From positions 1 through 64,000 of the IMG/VR virus record IMGVR_UViG_3300044511_000090: a stretch of 64,000 nucleotides of DNA, one strand, 5' to 3'. The notes below the pieces were generated by a model that worked only from the letters and a program-made list of their open reading frames with translations, was not told the origin of the DNA and did not search any database. The position numbers were made by a program, and so were the translations under genes. This document shows positions 47,316-57,347 of this stretch, one piece after another; position 1 is the stretch's first letter, and each line of letters starts with the position of its first letter. Source of the DNA: a virus.

Positions 47316-49970
47316 ATGGCAGATGTGACCCTTTTTGAAGAAAAAGCGCCAATGCTTCTTGGTATCACTCCAAGAGAATACCAAATAGAGGCTCACGACA
47401 ATTCGCTTCGTCTTTTTGGCGAAGGAATTCCAGGCGTACTTCTCAGGATGGCAACCGGGTCTGGCAAAACACTAACCGCGTCAATGCTGGCAAGGACATG
47501 GCTTGGAAGAGGCGACGATTACCGCGTGATGGTCATCAGTTATGAGACTCAGCTTGTTTGGCAGTTTGCCAAAGAAATCGAGAGTTTCATCGGTGTCCAG
47601 CCTGGAATAGAAATGGAGAAGAACAGAGCGGATTCGTCTAACAAAATCGTCGTTGCTTCTCGCCAGTCGCTTTTGCAGCACCCTGGGCCGACAAAAGAAC
47701 AGGCCGATGAGTTGAAATCACTCGGCGTCACCGAACTCGGATGCTCAACGAAGAAGATGGCAGAATCGTACTTGAAGTATCTCAGGAAGGGGATAAGCGT
47801 TGATGATGTTTTGGCCGACATAGAGACAAAGAATCAACAACCAGAGGCATCGAACGGGAAATGGAGCAGGGTCCACAAGTTCGATTGGCGGCTCAACTGG
47901 CTTATATTTTCCGATGAATGCCACAGGTTCGCGTATCATCTCAAATCGGTCAATCATTGGGTCGAATGGTTCGAGCAGAACCCAAACTCGAAGCGAGCAG
48001 GGCTTTCAGCCACACCTAAAAGATCAGATGGCGTGTCTATCGGAAGCCGGATGTTCCCCGGCATCGCAATAGACTACCCACTGTTCAGCAGAGAAGGCAG
48101 ATGCGCACTGAGAGACGGATACGCCGTGCCGTATGTCCAAAAATACATCGAACTTGAAGGCGTTGATTTCAAGCAAATCAAGAGGGTGACAGAAGGAGGC
48201 GACTTCGATGAATCAGCGCTTGAAAAAGCCCTCATGGAAGACAAAGAACTTGCCGGGCTCGTTGATCCGCTTCTTGACATGGTTGGCGATAGGCCGACTT
48301 TGATTTTCAATCCAGGCGTTGAGATGGCAAAGAAGGTTGCCAGATTCATCAATGCCAGATGCGAAGCAAAATGCGAATGCGGACAAATACGCTGGTATCC
48401 CAAGCAACTTGTCGGGGACGGCGCAACTTGCGAGTGCGGAAGATTCATCATCCAAGAAAACATCACAAAGAGCGGCGATCAGGCCGTCGAATTGGATGGC
48501 GAAGTCCCACACCAAGTCAGAGATGAGTATTACAGAAAGTTTGAAGAAAAGAAGTTCCAGTTTTTGTCAGTATGTGGCCTGTGCATTGCTGAAGGAACTT
48601 TGATATTGACAGATGTTGGCGATGTTCCAATTGAAGACGTTACAACCCACATGAAGGTTTGGGACGGGGTTGAGTTTGTTTCCCATGATGGTGTCATATT
48701 CAATGGATTTAAGCCGGTCATAGAATATGCCGGATTAAGAGCCACTGAAAACCACAAAGTATTGACAAAAAGCGGGTGGGAAACAATAGCAGAATGCAAA
48801 AAAAATGGAACGCCGATTGTTATTGGGCAGCTTATGAAGTTGCCAGTCCAGTACAGCAAGGAATCCGATTTTGTATTCAGAGACCCAGAACAACATGAAC
48901 AACAGCCTGAACATGCTACAGAACAATCGAACGTCTATGACATCTTGAACGCTGGTCCTAGACATCGTTTTACAGCCAATGGGCTTCTTGTATCAAATTG
49001 CAGAGAAGGCTTTGATGTCCCATCAATCGCTTGCGTAGCCGTCTTCAGGCCAGTCAGCAAGAAGGCGTCATCACTTGCAGAGCAAATGAAGGGGCGAAGT
49101 TGCAGGCCGCTCAGGGAAATAGCGAGAATCCTTCACACTCTTCCAACGCCAGAAGACAGAAGGAAGCTGATCGAAGAAAGTGAAAAGCCCAATGCGCTTA
49201 TAGTTGACTTAGTAGGAATAACCGGCCTTGCAGACTGTGCTTCGACTGTTGAAATCTATGCCGAAGGTCTTCCAGACGAAGTAATCAAACGTGCAGAAGA
49301 CATTCTATCCGAGAAGGGGAAAGACGAAGAATTCGATGTTCAAGAGGCAATTGATCAGGCAGAAAAGGAAGACCGAGAGGCCAAAGAGAAAATTCGGAAA
49401 GAACGAGAAGAGTCTGAGCGACGGGCCAAAGAAGAATTCGAGAGAAGGGCTCAAGCGGACCCGCGTGCCAAATACACGACCTATGACAAGGGTATTGGCT
49501 CTCAGTACGATCCAAACGAGGCAAGCGAAGGCCAATACAACTTAATCAAGTCTCTTGGGATGGAAATAGGCGACGTTATCAGCAAGCGGAAGGCCGGAAG
49601 AATAATCAATATGCTCAAACAGCGGACAAACCCATCAGAAGTTGCGTACAAGAACGGCATTTCTTCATGGGAACCGACTCCGCCTAGCCCTAAGCAATCA
49701 TACGCCTGCAAAAGACTTGGATACGATGTATCGACTTCATACGAAGCCAGCCAGATACTATCAGCGGCAAGGAAGCCGCAAGAATTCAAAGCCAAGAAAC
49801 TGGCTGATATCCAGAATGCCAAGAACGACGGCGATCTAACAGCGGTCGGCATGGATATGAAACTCGTCAGGAGAATATGCCCGCCAGATGTGTGGGCTGA
49901 GGTTGTTTCGGCTGGCGCAAGAAAGAGGCAAGAACTCAAGAGTATTAATTCTGACGATATTCCAGAATAA
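47316..49970 (+). CDS. SF2 DNA helicase with mini-intein
   Basis: ATGSGKT, DECH, GLSATP, EGFDVP, QMKGRSCR. Confidence 0.9.
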   Translation: MADVTLFEEKAPMLLGITPREYQIEAHDNSLRLFGEGIPGVLLRMATGSGKTLTASMLARTWLGRGDDYRVMVISYETQLVWQFAKEIESFIGVQPGIEMEKNRADSSNKIVVASRQSLLQHPGPTKEQADELKSLGVTELGCSTKKMAESYLKYLRKGISVDDVLADIETKNQQPEASNGKWSRVHKFDWRLNWLIFSDECHRFAYHLKSVNHWVEWFEQNPNSKRAGLSATPKRSDGVSIGSRMFPGIAIDYPLFSREGRCALRDGYAVPYVQKYIELEGVDFKQIKRVTEGGDFDESALEKALMEDKELAGLVDPLLDMVGDRPTLIFNPGVEMAKKVARFINARCEAKCECGQIRWYPKQLVGDGATCECGRFIIQENITKSGDQAVELDGEVPHQVRDEYYRKFEEKKFQFLSVCGLCIAEGTLILTDVGDVPIEDVTTHMKVWDGVEFVSHDGVIFNGFKPVIEYAGLRATENHKVLTKSGWETIAECKKNGTPIVIGQLMKLPVQYSKESDFVFRDPEQHEQQPEHATEQSNVYDILNAGPRHRFTANGLLVSNCREGFDVPSIACVAVFRPVSKKASSLAEQMKGRSCRPLREIARILHTLPTPEDRRKLIEESEKPNALIVDLVGITGLADCASTVEIYAEGLPDEVIKRAEDILSEKGKDEEFDVQEAIDQAEKEDREAKEKIRKEREESERRAKEEFERRAQADPRAKYTTYDKGIGSQYDPNEASEGQYNLIKSLGMEIGDVISKRKAGRIINMLKQRTNPSEVAYKNGISSWEPTPPSPKQSYACKRLGYDVSTSYEASQILSAARKPQEFKAKKLADIQNAKNDGDLTAVGMDMKLVRRICPPDVWAEVVSAGARKRQELKSINSDDIPE
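48582..48998 (+). mobile_element. Mini-intein (139 aa)
   Basis: CIAEGTLI...ATENHKV...VYDILNAG..HRFTANGLLVSN/C. Confidence 0.85.
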
Positions 49971-49991
49971 TAGGCGCGCGCAGCGCCTATT
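49969..49991. repeat. AATAGGCGC-N5-GCGCCTATT palindrome (copy 4)
   Basis: Overlaps the TAA stop of the helicase. Confidence 0.85.
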
Positions 49992-50403
49992 TTGAGGGCA
50001 ACCGATGAAAAGCAGAGAAGAGTTTGTGAAAACGTGGAAATTCCACATAACAGGGCTGTCGCTTTTTGGGTATGTGAGCGAGTCACGCGACGGCCAAATG
50101 GAACGATTGAAAAGGGTCCACGAAATGCCAGTCGAGTCGGAAAAACTTCTGGCAAGCATGTACGATTGGCTAACAGGAGCGAAAAATGGGAAAGACTCAA
50201 AACCAGCGTGAAATCATTATCATCGCTATGAAGGACAGAGCGCCTTTTGTTGACGGGGTGTATTTGGGCAAGAACTTCGAGAGAGTCGAATTGTCTGTTG
50301 TCTGTCGAGCATCTGAGCCGACCGATCTTCAGGGATTTGAGTTCATAAGCCAATCAAGACTTGGCGATAATGTGTAGTTTGGATAACCCATTGGAGGTTC
50401 ATA

Positions 50404-50982
50404 ATGACTTTTATTTTGAAGCCAACTCGTCGAGAGGTCATAAATTTCCTTGTGGATCGTTTTGTGAAAAAATTGGAAGCAGACGCCGATGCTGCACAAT
50501 TGATTGCGGTTCAGCAGGACAAACGAACTCGGAACTTGATAGAAAAACAAAAAAACATCACTCTCAAAGCCGGTCGAAAAGCATTAGCCAGAAAAATCGG
50601 CATGATCAAAAAAGCTATCGGCGAACGATTTACCGTCCATGAGAAGATTGATGAAATCGAAAACCAGAGGTTGTACACAATCTCGTTCTATTGCCATCTA
50701 ACAAAGACGATTTCTCATTCTGCCTCATGCCGCAAGGAGATTGATGAAATTGATGCCGAAATTGCCCAATCGAACAAGAAATACCAAGAACTGCAAAACC
50801 ATGCTGCTTCCATTAAAAGACGAGCAAGCAGACTAGCGTATTGTGACGAAAAAAGCAGGATCGATTTGTTGAGGCTCTTGATAGAAAAACTACCGGACAA
50901 AGCTGAGCCACTTGTTGATAGCCTAATAAACATGATCCAAAAATGCTCAGAAACTGAACAAGCGAGTCAGTCTGGGCAATGA
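50404..50982 (+). CDS. Hypothetical protein
   Basis: GGAGG SD, long ORF. Confidence 0.6.
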   Translation: MTFILKPTRREVINFLVDRFVKKLEADADAAQLIAVQQDKRTRNLIEKQKNITLKAGRKALARKIGMIKKAIGERFTVHEKIDEIENQRLYTISFYCHLTKTISHSASCRKEIDEIDAEIAQSNKKYQELQNHAASIKRRASRLAYCDEKSRIDLLRLLIEKLPDKAEPLVDSLINMIQKCSETEQASQSGQ

Positions 50983-51039
50983 AGTTATCCTGACGAACCA
51001 ACGAAACCGAGTAGCATAACCAATGACTGGAGCGGACAG

Positions 51040-51306
51040 ATGGAGAAGTACATCGATTTCATCGACGCCGGTTCCAGCGAAAGCGGCAAGACAAAGCTAT
51101 GGCATGTCGTGCCGAAACAAGGCGACGGCTCGCCAATCGGCTTGATCCACTGGTACGGTCCATGGCGCAAGTATTGCTTCAGCCCGCACCATGACACGAT
51201 CTACGAACAGGTTTGTTTGCGTGACATCGCGGACTTCTGCGAACAGCAAACAACGACCCAAAAGAACGGCAACAGCAGATTCCCAATTAGCAGCAGGAGC
51301 TTGTAA
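51040..51306 (+). CDS. Conserved phage hypothetical protein
   Basis: GKTK.W.V...IG.I.WYGPWRKYCF.P...CLRDIADF. Confidence 0.65.
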   Translation: MEKYIDFIDAGSSESGKTKLWHVVPKQGDGSPIGLIHWYGPWRKYCFSPHHDTIYEQVCLRDIADFCEQQTTTQKNGNSRFPISSRSL

Positions 51307-51611
51307 TGCCCACGACCTGCACGCGCTGCAACCGCCGCACGCGGAACTTGAGCCGGGCCGGGAACGCATACTACTGCCCAGAATGCCGGATCGAGTGGCG
51401 GCAGAAGCTAGTCGAGGGCGGACGCAGGGCGGCGAAGAAACGGGCGGCTGCACCAGAGCCGACGATGGCCGAACTGGACGCGCTGATTGCGAGGCAGATG
51501 CGGAATCTGCCCCGGTGGTGGAGCAAGTGCAGAGCGTTTGCGAAAGGGGACTGACCCAGGCCCAGCGTTTGGGCATCACGGCGGCGGGACTGACACGAAA
51601 GGAGATGGGGG

Positions 51612-52502
51612 ATGACCCAGCGCATCGGCCCCCACGAGTTGCACTGCGGCGATGCCATCACGGTCCTGCGCCAGATGCCGGAACGGTATGTGTCGCTGAC
51701 CGTGACGAGCCCGCCGTATGAAGATGCCCGCACCTACGGCGTCGGGTTCCGACTCAAAGGACAGGATTGGGTCGATTGGCTTATCCCGATCATTGTCGAA
51801 TGCTGCCGTGTAACTGACGGGCTTGTGCTTGTGAACGCAGCCGGGAAGGTGAACGACTTCCAGTACACGCCGGTCATGGAATGGCTTGTCACAGACTTGA
51901 CCCGTCAGCATGGGATCGTATGCGGACCGGCCCCATACGTTTACCGGCGCGTCGGCATCCCTGGCAGCGGCGGTCAGCATTACCACCGGCGCGATTGGGA
52001 ACCAGTCTATGCGTTCGCGTTGCCGGATCGACTGCCGTTGAGGTGGAGCGATAACACGGCAACCGGCCACGCGATCCCGGCTCGTATCGCTGCGGTGTCA
52101 CCACGAGGGACAAACGGGGCAAGAAATCATGGCTTTTATTCGTCACCGGATATTGCCAACGCCGGGAACGTAATCAATGAAACGTACACTGCCGCGCAGG
52201 TCCAGACCATACTTGACGGCGGCGACGTAATCGACTGCAAGGTTGGCGGCGGGCTCATGGGGCATCCGTTGGCAAGCGAGAACGAAGCGCCAATGTCGCT
52301 CACGCTCGCTACATGGCTCGTGCGCAGTTACGCGCCACCGGGCGGGCGTGTGCTCGATCCGTTCATGGGCAGCGGGACTACGCTTCATGCGTGCATGGAC
52401 ACCGGCCGGATCGGTGTAGGGATTGACTTACGCGAATCGCAAATCGAACTAACCCGGCGACGGCTACAGTCCGTGACGCCGACGATGTTCGATGAGGCTT
52501 GA
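51612..52502 (+). CDS. DNA methyltransferase (N4-C/N6-A, SPPY)
   Basis: TSPPY, VLDPFMGSGTT, GID. Confidence 0.88.
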   Translation: MTQRIGPHELHCGDAITVLRQMPERYVSLTVTSPPYEDARTYGVGFRLKGQDWVDWLIPIIVECCRVTDGLVLVNAAGKVNDFQYTPVMEWLVTDLTRQHGIVCGPAPYVYRRVGIPGSGGQHYHRRDWEPVYAFALPDRLPLRWSDNTATGHAIPARIAAVSPRGTNGARNHGFYSSPDIANAGNVINETYTAAQVQTILDGGDVIDCKVGGGLMGHPLASENEAPMSLTLATWLVRSYAPPGGRVLDPFMGSGTTLHACMDTGRIGVGIDLRESQIELTRRRLQSVTPTMFDEA

Positions 52503-52506
52503 CAAT

Positions 52507-52716
52507 GAAAGGACGGTGACGGGATGGCGAAACCAACAACAGAATTCGTGCCAGACCAATTGCGAACTGTTGCCACGACCAGGACGACTGGCTTTCTCGA
52601 TCTACGATACGCGCCAAGACGGTTCGTTCCGAAGTTGTCAACCGACGACGATTTGTCATGGCTGAAACCAAACAGACTTCGATTGACGGCATCAAAGAAA
52701 GGACGGTGACGGGATG
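52507..52716 (+). repeat. 20-bp direct repeat GAAAGGACGGTGACGGGATG flanking ORF 52524-52709
   Basis: Identical copies at 52507-52526 and 52697-52716. Confidence 0.9.
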
Positions 52717-53032
52717 AATCTTGCAGATGAGATTGTAGGTGGTTTTCGCGGGCTTGCGGATGCATTGAAAGCCAGCTGCGCCGCCTTTGAATCCCGCGTC
52801 ATGCGCTGGCCAGCGCCGGGCGTGGACAGCACGCCGACTGAGCCGGGATGGTATCGGCTGCGGAATGGGGCTCACAATCACGGGGAAAAAATTAACGACG
52901 GCATTTACTTGATTGAGATGCGAAACAATCATTTGTCTGTTTGGGACGGCAGGTGTTGGGCATGGCACGCTTCTAATATTCGCGGTGAGTGGGTTCGTAT
53001 CCCGTTCCCGCTGGAACCGGAGGCCGCGAACG

Positions 53033-53695
53033 ATGCTAAGTGACCGTCCACTCCTTGACGCGATTATAGCCGCCCCGGACCAGGACGCGCCGCGACTGGT
53101 GTACGCAGACTGGCTTGAAGAGAACGGCGGTGGGGAACGCGCTGAGCTGATCCGGTTGCAGATTGAGGCCGAGAATCGGGGATGTCTGTGCTCGCGCAAA
53201 ATCATTAGATTCGCTGGACGAGTCCTTAATCGTGTCCAAATCCTAATGCAAAGAAGGACTACGTGCAGATCGTGCCAACTTCAATTGCAAATCAAAGACT
53301 TGATAAACAAATTGATGACAAAAGGCGATGAAGAATTCGTCATTCAAAAATCAAGCCATTACGACCTGATCATCTCGCGCGGCTTCATCGAGGCCGTCGA
53401 ATGCGACTGGCGCTGGTTCGCGGACAACGCCGACAAGATGCTGGCGCAGAACCCGGTACGGCAGGTCCGGCTTACGAGTTGGCCATCGTTGCAGCTTTGT
53501 AGACTACCATTTACGTACTGGTTTACTGGCATGCCTTTTGATCGTGAAAAAGCTGGAGAAGTGGCAATAAAAATGTTGCGCAGTGGTGGACAGTGGCCGG
53601 GAACCAGATGGAACTACACTCTCCTATTCACATTCCTTTTACTTCGCGCCTGCTGGCCAACCGTCAAAGCGTGGAAGTTCCCTGCCAGCCGATGA
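53033..53695 (+). CDS. TIGR02996 domain protein
   Basis: LLDAIIAAPDQDAPRLVYADWLEENG..ERAELIRLQ; RGFIEAV. Confidence 0.85.
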   Translation: MLSDRPLLDAIIAAPDQDAPRLVYADWLEENGGGERAELIRLQIEAENRGCLCSRKIIRFAGRVLNRVQILMQRRTTCRSCQLQLQIKDLINKLMTKGDEEFVIQKSSHYDLIISRGFIEAVECDWRWFADNADKMLAQNPVRQVRLTSWPSLQLCRLPFTYWFTGMPFDREKAGEVAIKMLRSGGQWPGTRWNYTLLFTFLLLRACWPTVKAWKFPASR

Positions 53696-53734
53696 CCAAC
53701 CAACGCAACAAACAAAAACGGACGAAAAATTTCC

Positions 53735-53764
53735 TTGACTGGCTATTGGCTTTTGCTATACACT
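53735..53764 (+). promoter_or_regulatory. sigma70-like promoter
   Basis: TTGACT...TGCTATACACT. Confidence 0.55.
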
Positions 53765-53786
53765 AACCCAAACTAGAGGCAGACAC

Positions 53787-54098
53787 ATGAAACTGCGAGA
53801 CGCCGCAATTCGCATCCTTGACCGTGGCCATTCAAAATTCCCAAGACTTGCACAGCACGCACTGGCAAGAAACGTTGTTTCCGAGTACATCCACTCAAAT
53901 CCAGACATTTGGACCGATGACATCGGTGATGCGCCGGACGCGCTTAAGGATGTTCTACGGGCCGCGTTTGATGCCGTCGAAGACCGGCTTGAGTCAAATG
54001 GGAAAGCGATACTTCTTTCAATTGTCCAGGCAGCGGAATACGTTCTGCTCGACACTGGGCTGATTGATGTTCTTTGGGATGCTTGGTTCAAGAAGTAA
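53787..54098 (+). CDS. Hypothetical protein
   Basis: GAGG SD after promoter. Confidence 0.6.
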   Translation: MKLRDAAIRILDRGHSKFPRLAQHALARNVVSEYIHSNPDIWTDDIGDAPDALKDVLRAAFDAVEDRLESNGKAILLSIVQAAEYVLLDTGLIDVLWDAWFKK

Positions 54099-54323
54099 TT
54101 TTTCAAAGGAGATGGCCAATGAAACTTGATGCCGAACAGGTCCGCAGCGGCCTAAACCTCATCGCAGACCTTGGCGCTTGGGTCGCCAAGTTCACTCCGA
54201 CAAGCAAAGACGATCAGGCATTCGAGTTTTTGAAACTCATTGCCAACACCCCTGGCGCAATCGAAAAGGTTCTCGAAATTGTTCAAAAGAAGTCCGAGTA
54301 GTCACAACTCACAAGGGACGCAA

Positions 54324-54887
54324 ATGGTCCGATATTTCTCTGCGCTGATTCTGTTCCTTTGTCCTGCTGCCTACGGACAAGAGAAGTCAATCGAGGCCGA
54401 GCTTGCAGAACATGCAAAGTTGAAGGCCGAAGTCGAGGCCAAGCAGAAACAGCTTTCTGACAGCGCCGAAAGAATCAAGGCATTGCTTGCCGAATTGCAA
54501 CGGAAGGCAAACGAACTTGGGATCGACGGCAAGCCACCGAAACCAGACGAACTAAAGACGTTCGTTGACTCGCTCAAGGCCGCATACGCCAAGGAAGGCG
54601 ACAAATCAAAGTTCCCGGCTCTTATGAGCCTTTGGAAAGCGGCAGCGTCTCTGGCTTCAGAGGCCAAGACATGGGGTGCTCTGTGGTCGGCTATGGCAGA
54701 CACGGCAAAAGCACTTGGGCTGTCTGGCCAGTTGATAGAGATTCAGCGCGCAGTCAGTCGAGAGCTTTCGTCTCGGCTTCCTGTCAACCCATCCGAGAAG
54801 CCAGACGAGCCAATCACTGCCGACCATGCGAAACTTATCAAGGCCGAGTTTGAACGAGTTGTCAAAGCACTGGAGCAAGTCAAATGA
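54324..54887 (+). CDS. Signal-peptide-bearing helical protein
   Basis: MVRYFSALILFLCPAAYG. Confidence 0.6.
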   Translation: MVRYFSALILFLCPAAYGQEKSIEAELAEHAKLKAEVEAKQKQLSDSAERIKALLAELQRKANELGIDGKPPKPDELKTFVDSLKAAYAKEGDKSKFPALMSLWKAAASLASEAKTWGALWSAMADTAKALGLSGQLIEIQRAVSRELSSRLPVNPSEKPDEPITADHAKLIKAEFERVVKALEQVK

Positions 54888-55876
54888 GTTGGGATTTTTC
54901 GCAATTCGGCGGCGTTCCGATGATCGAAGGCAAGTTGCTGTGCGACAGCGGCTTGACCGACGTTAATCCAGACGATCTTGCCTGGAACTTTGGCGTACAA
55001 CACAACCTGTCAGAACTCACCACGACCGAGCCGATTCCTCCAATCAAGACTCTTTACGAAGCATTCCCAAATCTACAGGGCAAGTGGGACGGCAAGACCA
55101 CGATCAATCACCATGAAGCAGTGAGGAAAGTTCTTGGCCGAGACTTGTCCCCACATGCGCAGGTTGCAGGAACATGCGGATCACATGCTGGAAGCCGTGG
55201 TCTTGAATTGCTTCAGTGCTCTCTTATCGCCAACGGGAAGCGTGCAAAGTATCATGACGTTTCGCACGCATGGCTTTACTACTTGGCCAGAAAAATGTAC
55301 GGCATGTTGGGAGGCGGAGACGGTGTTGCCGGTGGTTCCATACCAGAAGCGATGGCCAAGTTTGGCGCTCTGCATCGCGTTGAAGCGGATGATCTAAACC
55401 AGAACAGTGACAACCTTGCCGTTCGTTGGGGGCGAGGGCAGATGTCTGCTGCTGAGTACAAGCGTCTGTCAGAGCTCGCCAGAGACAACATCGTGACTGC
55501 TAAGGTCCGTTGCAGATCGGCATCTGAACTTGCTGACGGGCTTGCCGCTGGCGGAGTCGGAATCGTATCTGACGGTCGTGGATTCACCATGACCCGCGAC
55601 AAATATGGGTTCTGTGATCCAAAGGGGACATGGTGGCACTACCATGTCCGATCAGGCGTCAGAATCGCCAAGAATGGGCGTCGTGGCTTCGTTTACGACC
55701 AGAGTTGGGGAGAAAACGTACCAAATGGCGATTTGGTCGATGGATGCCCGTCAAACTGCTTTCTTGTCGATTGGGACGTTATGGACGCAAGCTGTAGGAA
55801 CGGGGAAGCAGACTGCGTGTTTGCTTTCGACCTGTGGGATTTGGAGCAAGGCAACCTTGACCCGTGGGTGTTCTAG
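54884..55876 (+). CDS. Papain-like (C1) cysteine peptidase
   Basis: QVAGTCGSH, WWHYH, DQSWG. Confidence 0.7.
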   Translation: MSWDFSQFGGVPMIEGKLLCDSGLTDVNPDDLAWNFGVQHNLSELTTTEPIPPIKTLYEAFPNLQGKWDGKTTINHHEAVRKVLGRDLSPHAQVAGTCGSHAGSRGLELLQCSLIANGKRAKYHDVSHAWLYYLARKMYGMLGGGDGVAGGSIPEAMAKFGALHRVEADDLNQNSDNLAVRWGRGQMSAAEYKRLSELARDNIVTAKVRCRSASELADGLAAGGVGIVSDGRGFTMTRDKYGFCDPKGTWWHYHVRSGVRIAKNGRRGFVYDQSWGENVPNGDLVDGCPSNCFLVDWDVMDASCRNGEADCVFAFDLWDLEQGNLDPWVF

Positions 55877-56232
55877 TGCGCTTAATCATTGCAATTGTGG
55901 CTTCGGTCTCGTTCGCGTCAATTTCATTCGCCGACACGGACACAGACGCACGGGCAATCATGCTCATGCGCCTGGCTTTGCACAATCAAAAAACAGTCAG
56001 GTCACAAAAAATGGCCGACCTTCCGACTGTTCCATCGCACTTTCATTACCACCATTGCGGCAATTGCAATTCTTACTTTGCACATGCAAATGACGGAACG
56101 CAATCGCACTATTGTCCGCGATGCAAAGCCGGTCCTTGGCTATTACAGGTTCAGCCGCCTCCTGGCGGAACACAAGTTTGGCTGCATAAGCCACTGAAAG
56201 CGTCCTCGTCGAAAGACGACTGCCCAGAGTGA
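55864..56232 (+). CDS. Secreted Zn-ribbon protein
   Basis: Signal peptide; HHCGNC...HYCPRC. Confidence 0.55.
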   Translation: MGVLVRLIIAIVASVSFASISFADTDTDARAIMLMRLALHNQKTVRSQKMADLPTVPSHFHYHHCGNCNSYFAHANDGTQSHYCPRCKAGPWLLQVQPPPGGTQVWLHKPLKASSSKDDCPE

Positions 56233-56239
56233 CTTAGGA

Positions 56240-56480
56240 GATGAGTCCGCCGTGAGCGGGATGATTTGGATTCACAAGACGACTGCGCAGCACGGATCGC
56301 CTCGTGCTCAGAAAGAGTCGGGTTGTTTAGGAACCGGATTAGAACGGTGTCGTCCATACATACATGACACCATAAACGCCTAAACGGTTCAAGGTCGATA
56401 TTCATGTGTGCTGTCCCGCTCGTTGCGGGTCAGTAAAGAACCGCTGCTCAGGTAGGAAGTGTGGTGAGTAGCGGACTTTG
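56240..56480 (+). ncRNA. Candidate multi-helix ncRNA
   Basis: Nested helices 56254-63/56412-21, 56289-94/56303-08, 56325-31/56379-85, 56346-53/56364-71, plus hairpin 56441-74. Confidence 0.5.
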
Positions 56481-56484
56481 CTCT

Positions 56485-56519
56485 CGCCCGGATTGGCGCT
56501 GACCAATCCGGGCGTTTTT
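56485..56519 (+). terminator. Intrinsic terminator
   Basis: CGCCCGGATTGG-6-CCAATCCGGGCG-TTTTT. Confidence 0.8.
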
Positions 56520-56562
56520 GATACAATGATGGCTGTTGTTTTTCTACAAAGGAGTGTTTGCT

Positions 56563-56910
56563 ATGCGATTTGTACTCTGTCTGATTGCTCTGATGGTGTT
56601 TTGCATGATTGCTGGCGCTGCTGAAAAAGCACCGGCTGCAAAGGCTGTTGCCGCTGCTCCGTGCGGCCCAAACGGTTGCCCGATTCGGTCTCGGTCTCTA
56701 TCACTTCACATCGAAAGTCATGGCGCATGGGCATTTGACGGCCATCGCGTTTCCGGCGTATTTTCCCGTGTTAGGGGATTTGTTCATGACGCCGCTTTTC
56801 GAGCATTTCATTTCGTATCTGCGGTTCGGCACAACATTTCCGGGGTTTTTGTCAACCGGCCTCGGCTTGTTTCGATGACTCGGCATGTGGTATTCGTGAG
56901 GCGGCGATAA
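56563..56910 (+). CDS. Signal-peptide-bearing small protein
   Basis: AAGGAG SD; hydrophobic N-terminus; CGPNGCP. Confidence 0.55.
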   Translation: MRFVLCLIALMVFCMIAGAAEKAPAAKAVAAAPCGPNGCPIRSRSLSLHIESHGAWAFDGHRVSGVFSRVRGFVHDAAFRAFHFVSAVRHNISGVFVNRPRLVSMTRHVVFVRRR

Positions 56911-56937
56911 TTTCGCGTATCGCTGAGTCTCACGCAC

Positions 56938-56963
56938 GGGAAGGCTTCGGCCTTCCCATTTTT
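56938..56963 (+). terminator. Intrinsic terminator-like hairpin
   Basis: GGGAAGGC-TTCG-GCCTTCCC-ATTTTT. Confidence 0.7.
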
Positions 56964-57347
56964 ATTGGAGGGCTTATGTTCGTTCTAACCAGGAAAAAGT
57001 CCGTGATGACTGAAACAGGATGGAAAAAACTCGGCCCAAACACCAAAGTTCTTTCATGGGACAGAGAAATTGATGCGCTGTCATACATGGTTGGCCTACC
57101 GCTTACTCACGACAAGAAACGAGGGGTTCTTGGGGCGGTGGTCACGCCTGTAATTACAAAGGAGAAGTCCAAATGAAGCCGACTTGGGAAATGATTGGAG
57201 ATGTTGGTGCTTACAACTACTCAAAAGGAGAAAAGGCTGGATACCAATCTGGCCTTGACGACGGGATCAAGTCGATAGGAACAATCATAGGGACAGCCCT
57301 TGTTGGGGCTCTGTGCATTGTTGGGATCGCAACGCTAAATTCGTGGC

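Noticed and set aside
56238-56275. tmRNA or hammerhead in the 56.2-kb structured region
   Set aside because: No tRNA-like 3' end or tag ORF; catalytic core nucleotides absent
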